64,000 nucleotides of DNA, taken from assembly GCA_044892505.1 (NCBI GenBank), contig CM097882.1, forward strand, positions 442,742,001-442,806,000. Direction: 5' to 3'. The notes beneath the pieces were generated by a model, which was not told where the DNA came from, made no database searches, and saw only the letters and a program-made list of their open reading frames with translations. A program made the position numbers and the translations under genes. How positions within the stretch are numbered: position 1 is the first letter of the stretch; each line of letters opens with the position of its first letter. The DNA comes from Schmidtea nova (lineage: Eukaryota). This document shows, piece by piece, positions 59,861 to 64,000 of this stretch.

Positions 59861-60558
59861 TGTTGGTGACGTAGTGCACCAATAATATTCTTTCCAAACC
59901 GATGGGGGTCCACAGAAAATAATTAAAAAATTAAAATGTTAATTAAGAATTAATTGGCTAATGGAATGCCCGAACTAACGTAAAACCCGAGCCAATGGAT
60001 AACCCGAGTGATGAGGAAAACCCGAGGTGACAAGTTAATTGCCTTGAAAATTAATGTTCCAGACAGAAAGCAAATGGCAATTAGCATCTTAATTGCCTCA
60101 GAATGTAAATTGGAATTTCGAGATTAAAAAAATTGACGGTTTAGTGGTCTTTACCGGGAAATTTACCATTTTAACGTAAGGAAACAAATAAATCAACTCT
60201 CAAAATTTTATATAAAAAGAGAGGCGAAATCAGCAGAAACGCCAATACAGTTGAAGAAAAGAAAAGTATCGCTATCGAAATAAATAAAGGAATCGTGAAA
60301 AGTAAAAGATAAAAGAAGTCTGTCATAATCAAATTTAAATCCATTTGTTAGCACGCGCACCAGAAAGGGACATCTGCCGTTGGGAGACATATCCCTGCGC
60401 GTTTGCGAAAAGTCTGAAAAGCAGTTAAATAATTTGTAAAGACAATTGTGTATTAGATTGATTATTAATAAAGGTTATTGTATAGGGTCTTGTTAATTGA
60501 TTTTAATAAGAACACTGGAGTCAGATAAAGACCCACTTAACCAAATAAATACCCAACA
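59861..60558 (+). repeat. LTR of the TGTTGG..CCCAACA family
   Basis: Starts TGTTGGTG and ends ACCCAACA; has AACCCGAG repeats and AATAAAGG. Confidence 0.65.
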
Positions 60559-60599
60559 ATTGTAACATTTTTAATTAATAGATACACACAATTTTTTAA

Positions 60600-62170
60600 A
60601 ACGCGCGATAACACACGACATAGTGCGCGATAACACGTTGCTATGGTGCACATACACTCATTTTGCGAGATCGCGACACTAGTGCTATTTTCTTAGGGAT
60701 GCGCAATTATTCATACTAAGTCATGGGGCTCACATCCACCTACTCTTCAGAAATGGCTATACGACTAATCTCTTCGATGATATTTTGAATATCATTTTCA
60801 ACAATTTCACTAAACAATTTTTTCCAACGAAACCGAATGGCATTTCTATCGTTTTTCTTAAATAATAAACTTTGAAGGTTACTATTGCGCCTTGATCCAT
60901 AGGCCATAAGATGGAAGTGGTATTTGGAGGTAAAAGTATCACTTCAACGGGAATGTCAGTGCACAGCATCTCAAGTTCCAGAGGATTTCCCGACGCATTG
61001 TCGAATACAAGAAGAGCTCGAGGTTCAACTTCAATATCCTCGCAATATTTTTTATTGCTGGGCAGAGGTAAGATTCAAATCAGTCCATAAATAAATTTCG
61101 TGTCATCCAAACCTTACGCTTGCTTCGCCAAAAAATTGGTAAATTTGTTTTAGAGTAACCTGTAAAGACACGAGGATTTTGTGATTGGTAGATCAACAAT
61201 ATTTCAATTTTAATCCACCGAGAAGAAGAATTAGACGATCTTGGGATGCTTTAAAGCCAGAAACAGTCTTCTCCTCAATGGAAATAAACGTACGTGTTGG
61301 CATTCGTTTCCAATAAAGTACAATCTCATCCACATTAAAAATTAAATTTGGTGGATAATTTCCCCTTTCTACAATTTCACGGAACTCCATCGGATATTTT
61401 TCTGCTAATTCGACGTCTGCACTAGCCGACTCATCGATCATTTTAAGGTTAAGCAAGTTTGATCGTTTTCTAAACCGATCAAACTAACCTTTGCTGGATT
61501 TAAATTCTTCTCTATGTTGTTGGGATTTTAAATGATCCCAAAGAAAAAATGATTTATTCATTTTGATTTGAGTACTAATAGACATGTGGTTTTGATTCAG
61601 GTCCTCTATCCGTTTTCTTAATAATTTATCCATTTCCATCATCAAAACACTTCTAGTTCGTGAAACTTTGGAGTAACACTCTCTCTTTTTTAATTTTATT
61701 TTTTTTGTCGCACTATTGATCGTACTGTAGACTCAGCCAATTTAAAATCACTTCCTACGGCTGTAAATTTACCACCATTTTCTATCTTTTCAATAATTTT
61801 TAGTCTTTTCCCAAAGTCAACACATTTATTACTTTGCGTTTTTGACATTTTAAAAATGTCAAAGGGCTCAAAAATAATTATGTAATCAAGTTAATTAACA
61901 TGCGTGCATTTGAAATTGCTTCTAAGATTACACCCAAAAAAGTACACCCAAATGTAGAGCTACAATATACATTATGGAGCATGTTCTGCGTTTATTTTAT
62001 CTCACTCACGCTCATGAATAACTTCTTATATGCATGTGAGAACAAGAAATAAAGATGTGTCATTCATTATGACGCTTTCTCGCACTCGTTAAGGTCAACG
62101 TTTAGATAATCTTTTTAAAATTGTCGGTCGTGATATAACGAATCCGCACTCGCTGGGGTAATTAGAGTAC
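60600..62170 (-). pseudogene. Second Tigger/pogo transposase remnant
   Basis: LTLGKRLKIIEKIE..AESTVRSI, GNYPPNLIFNVDE..LYWKRMP..GFKASQDRL, LLPPNTTSIL.PMDQG; multiple stops. Confidence 0.85.
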
Positions 62171-63050
62171 CATTAGAATATTATATACATTAGTTGTAAT
62201 TATAACAAAACCTCAAGTGGAAAGCTAATTAGAGTAAATGAAATTTAATGATACAAAGGATACAACCAAATAGCAAAAATAAAAACAAATAGAATGTTCA
62301 TTATAGAAAACAAATCAGACACATAAAAAATAAGAATTAAAAATGAACAAAACAAAGTCAATCATGTCGCAATATGGATTTAATCTGCATCCAGGTCGAT
62401 ATGAGGCGAGGGAGCTGTTCTTCTGATTTGACCCATCATTTTGGTTTCCCTTCTGCGCTTATTTCGAGCCCTTTCGGCCTTGCTGGGCTTATGTTTGGTG
62501 ACCGTTGCTTTCGAGATTTCAGCTGATAGGAATAGCTCTGTCAACCTTGAGCAAACTATCCTAGAATGGCCGCGGCAAGACGATTTAATTCCACTTCCTT
62601 TTCTCGGAGTGTGACCTGCATGACTCTTCTCCTAATTCCTTCTTCTCTATTGTCTTGCAGTTCCTCGAATTTCGTTTGTGCGGCATTCATTTTCTCAAGC
62701 GAGAACCAAATGCCCCGTAGCGCCGGCACTGCTGAATGAATATTTCCAGTCGTAGGGTCATGAACTGGTTTTGTTTGGTGAATTCCTCGTTTCGGAGATC
62801 AAAGTGGCTTATACGTTTGTTTAATTTTTCCAAGGTTTTCTCCATATTCTTAAAATCGGTATAAAATATAATTATGATTAAGATACACCAGATCAAACTG
62901 TAGCAATCATGGTTATTTTAATAATCAGGTAAAACCAGCAATCACATCATATCAGAAATTATAAATCAATGATTCGAAACAAAACATGGAAATACAAAAA
63001 CACAAAAAAATTTAACTTTATCAAATTTTCGCAAATATGTCAATTTATAG

Positions 63051-64000
63051 TTATGCCGACTGATGCTTTATGTCAATACCCGCCAAAGTTGCCCCCTTAG
63101 CTTTAATAGTTTCCTCGTCACCTAAAAGACTAACATTTAGGTCTAAGAAACACCCACTCTTTGTACTTAAGCCCTTTTTTCTCGTCTTTGAACTTGCCAA
63201 TGACAGAATCAATGTTCCTACTGTATAGTTGGTGATTCGGATCATAATTAGAAGTGTCAAGTAAGTTATCTCTTATCATGGCCGGTTAAATATTATGAAG
63301 CTTACAATTTCTAATCTCAAGAAAAAATGAATCGGTGTCACCAGCTTCGATGTTGATTTCGCAATTGAATTCATTACGATATTTTTGTAACTCTTCATAC
63401 TGCAGCTGGTACATTCTAAGTTTAGATAGATCCAGTACTGTTTGACCAATATAACTGGGTCTATCCAAACACACCGATTCCTGATTCAGCAAGACGGCAA
63501 CCAAATCATCGTCAATTTCGAAAGTCATTTTAAAAGTTGGCTTAGAAGTATATGTAATCAGCCTAGAAGCCGAATTACATAATCTTAAATTTATGCGCTT
63601 TTTAAGATTCTCTACGGTTTTACCGTAGAGACTATTATTTAATAATTTATAACAATTTTTACCCAGAGCATTACTTGATTCTGCTCTAAGTCTGGTATTG
63701 GTATTGATGTAATCCTTAAAAATACGTGCTTGTTTAAATTTAGTTGCCCTATGGACATGAGTTATTTTTACTCCAAGAGAAAGAAAAAGTTTGAGAAGTC
63801 TCCAATGAAGAACATAGTTCTTCTTGGGATAATGCGTAAGCATCAACTTCTCAACCTTTGAGCCAGGTGGACACATCTTTTCAGCGGCAACTGGCAAATC
63901 ATCCAGCTTGTCGTGAATCGAATCAGGAATTTCTAAATCGACTTCTAATGTAAATCCAAATGTTAATACTTCTAAATCAGCAGATTCATAGTAATAAATT
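63051..64000 (-). pseudogene. polB: Second Polinton pPolB, decayed; continues beyond the window
   Basis: KLLNNSLYGK, RPSYIGQTVLDLSKLRMY and GDTDS; in-frame stop at 63286-63288, a frameshift after RPKC near 63136, and loss of the C-terminus after KHQS. Confidence 0.92.

Noticed and set aside
62350-62900. GC-richer gag-like fragment
   Set aside because: No diagnostic motif; too degraded to call.
1-64000. rRNA/tRNA genes and a Polinton packaging ATPase
   Set aside because: None recognised by eye; the ATPase probably lies upstream of the window.
1-64000. Naming the host species from AT content and intron size
   Set aside because: Several invertebrate groups have such short introns; the sequence alone does not decide.

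Overview
AT-rich animal (invertebrate-type) nuclear DNA with seven N runs and very short (about 33-56 nt) GT-AG introns, densely packed with mobile elements. Bases 1-10.7 kb are most of a Polinton/Maverick (adintovirus-like) endogenous virus, all on the + strand. Gene order: basic QxGGF protein, rve-chromo integrase, minor capsid, small pVI-like protein, major capsid (one internal stop), adenain protease, degenerate DEDD-like ORF, a hidden multi-exon gene, and a 1315-aa protein-primed PolB. Splicing a 43-nt intron out of the integrase and a 38-nt intron out of the protease restores family motifs, and the hidden gene has at least four exons joined by phase-1 introns that may splice into pPolB. 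A Polinton-like terminus with AP-1/CRE arrays ends at 19280, and a second, decayed pPolB lies at 63-64 kb. Host genes are the 5' part of a PPM1K-like PP2C, an intronless SLC16 transporter and a divergent anillin. Other elements: an intact MULE with a 9-bp TSD, a hAT MITE with an 8-bp TSD, decayed hAT, two Tigger/pogo and one Ty3/gypsy elements, and several TG..CA LTR-like repeats. An unexplained module at 43.2-44.9 kb has an orphan ORF downstream (minus strand) of two arrays of spaced hairpins with compensatory stem changes. All calls come from reading motifs by eye; no database search was run.
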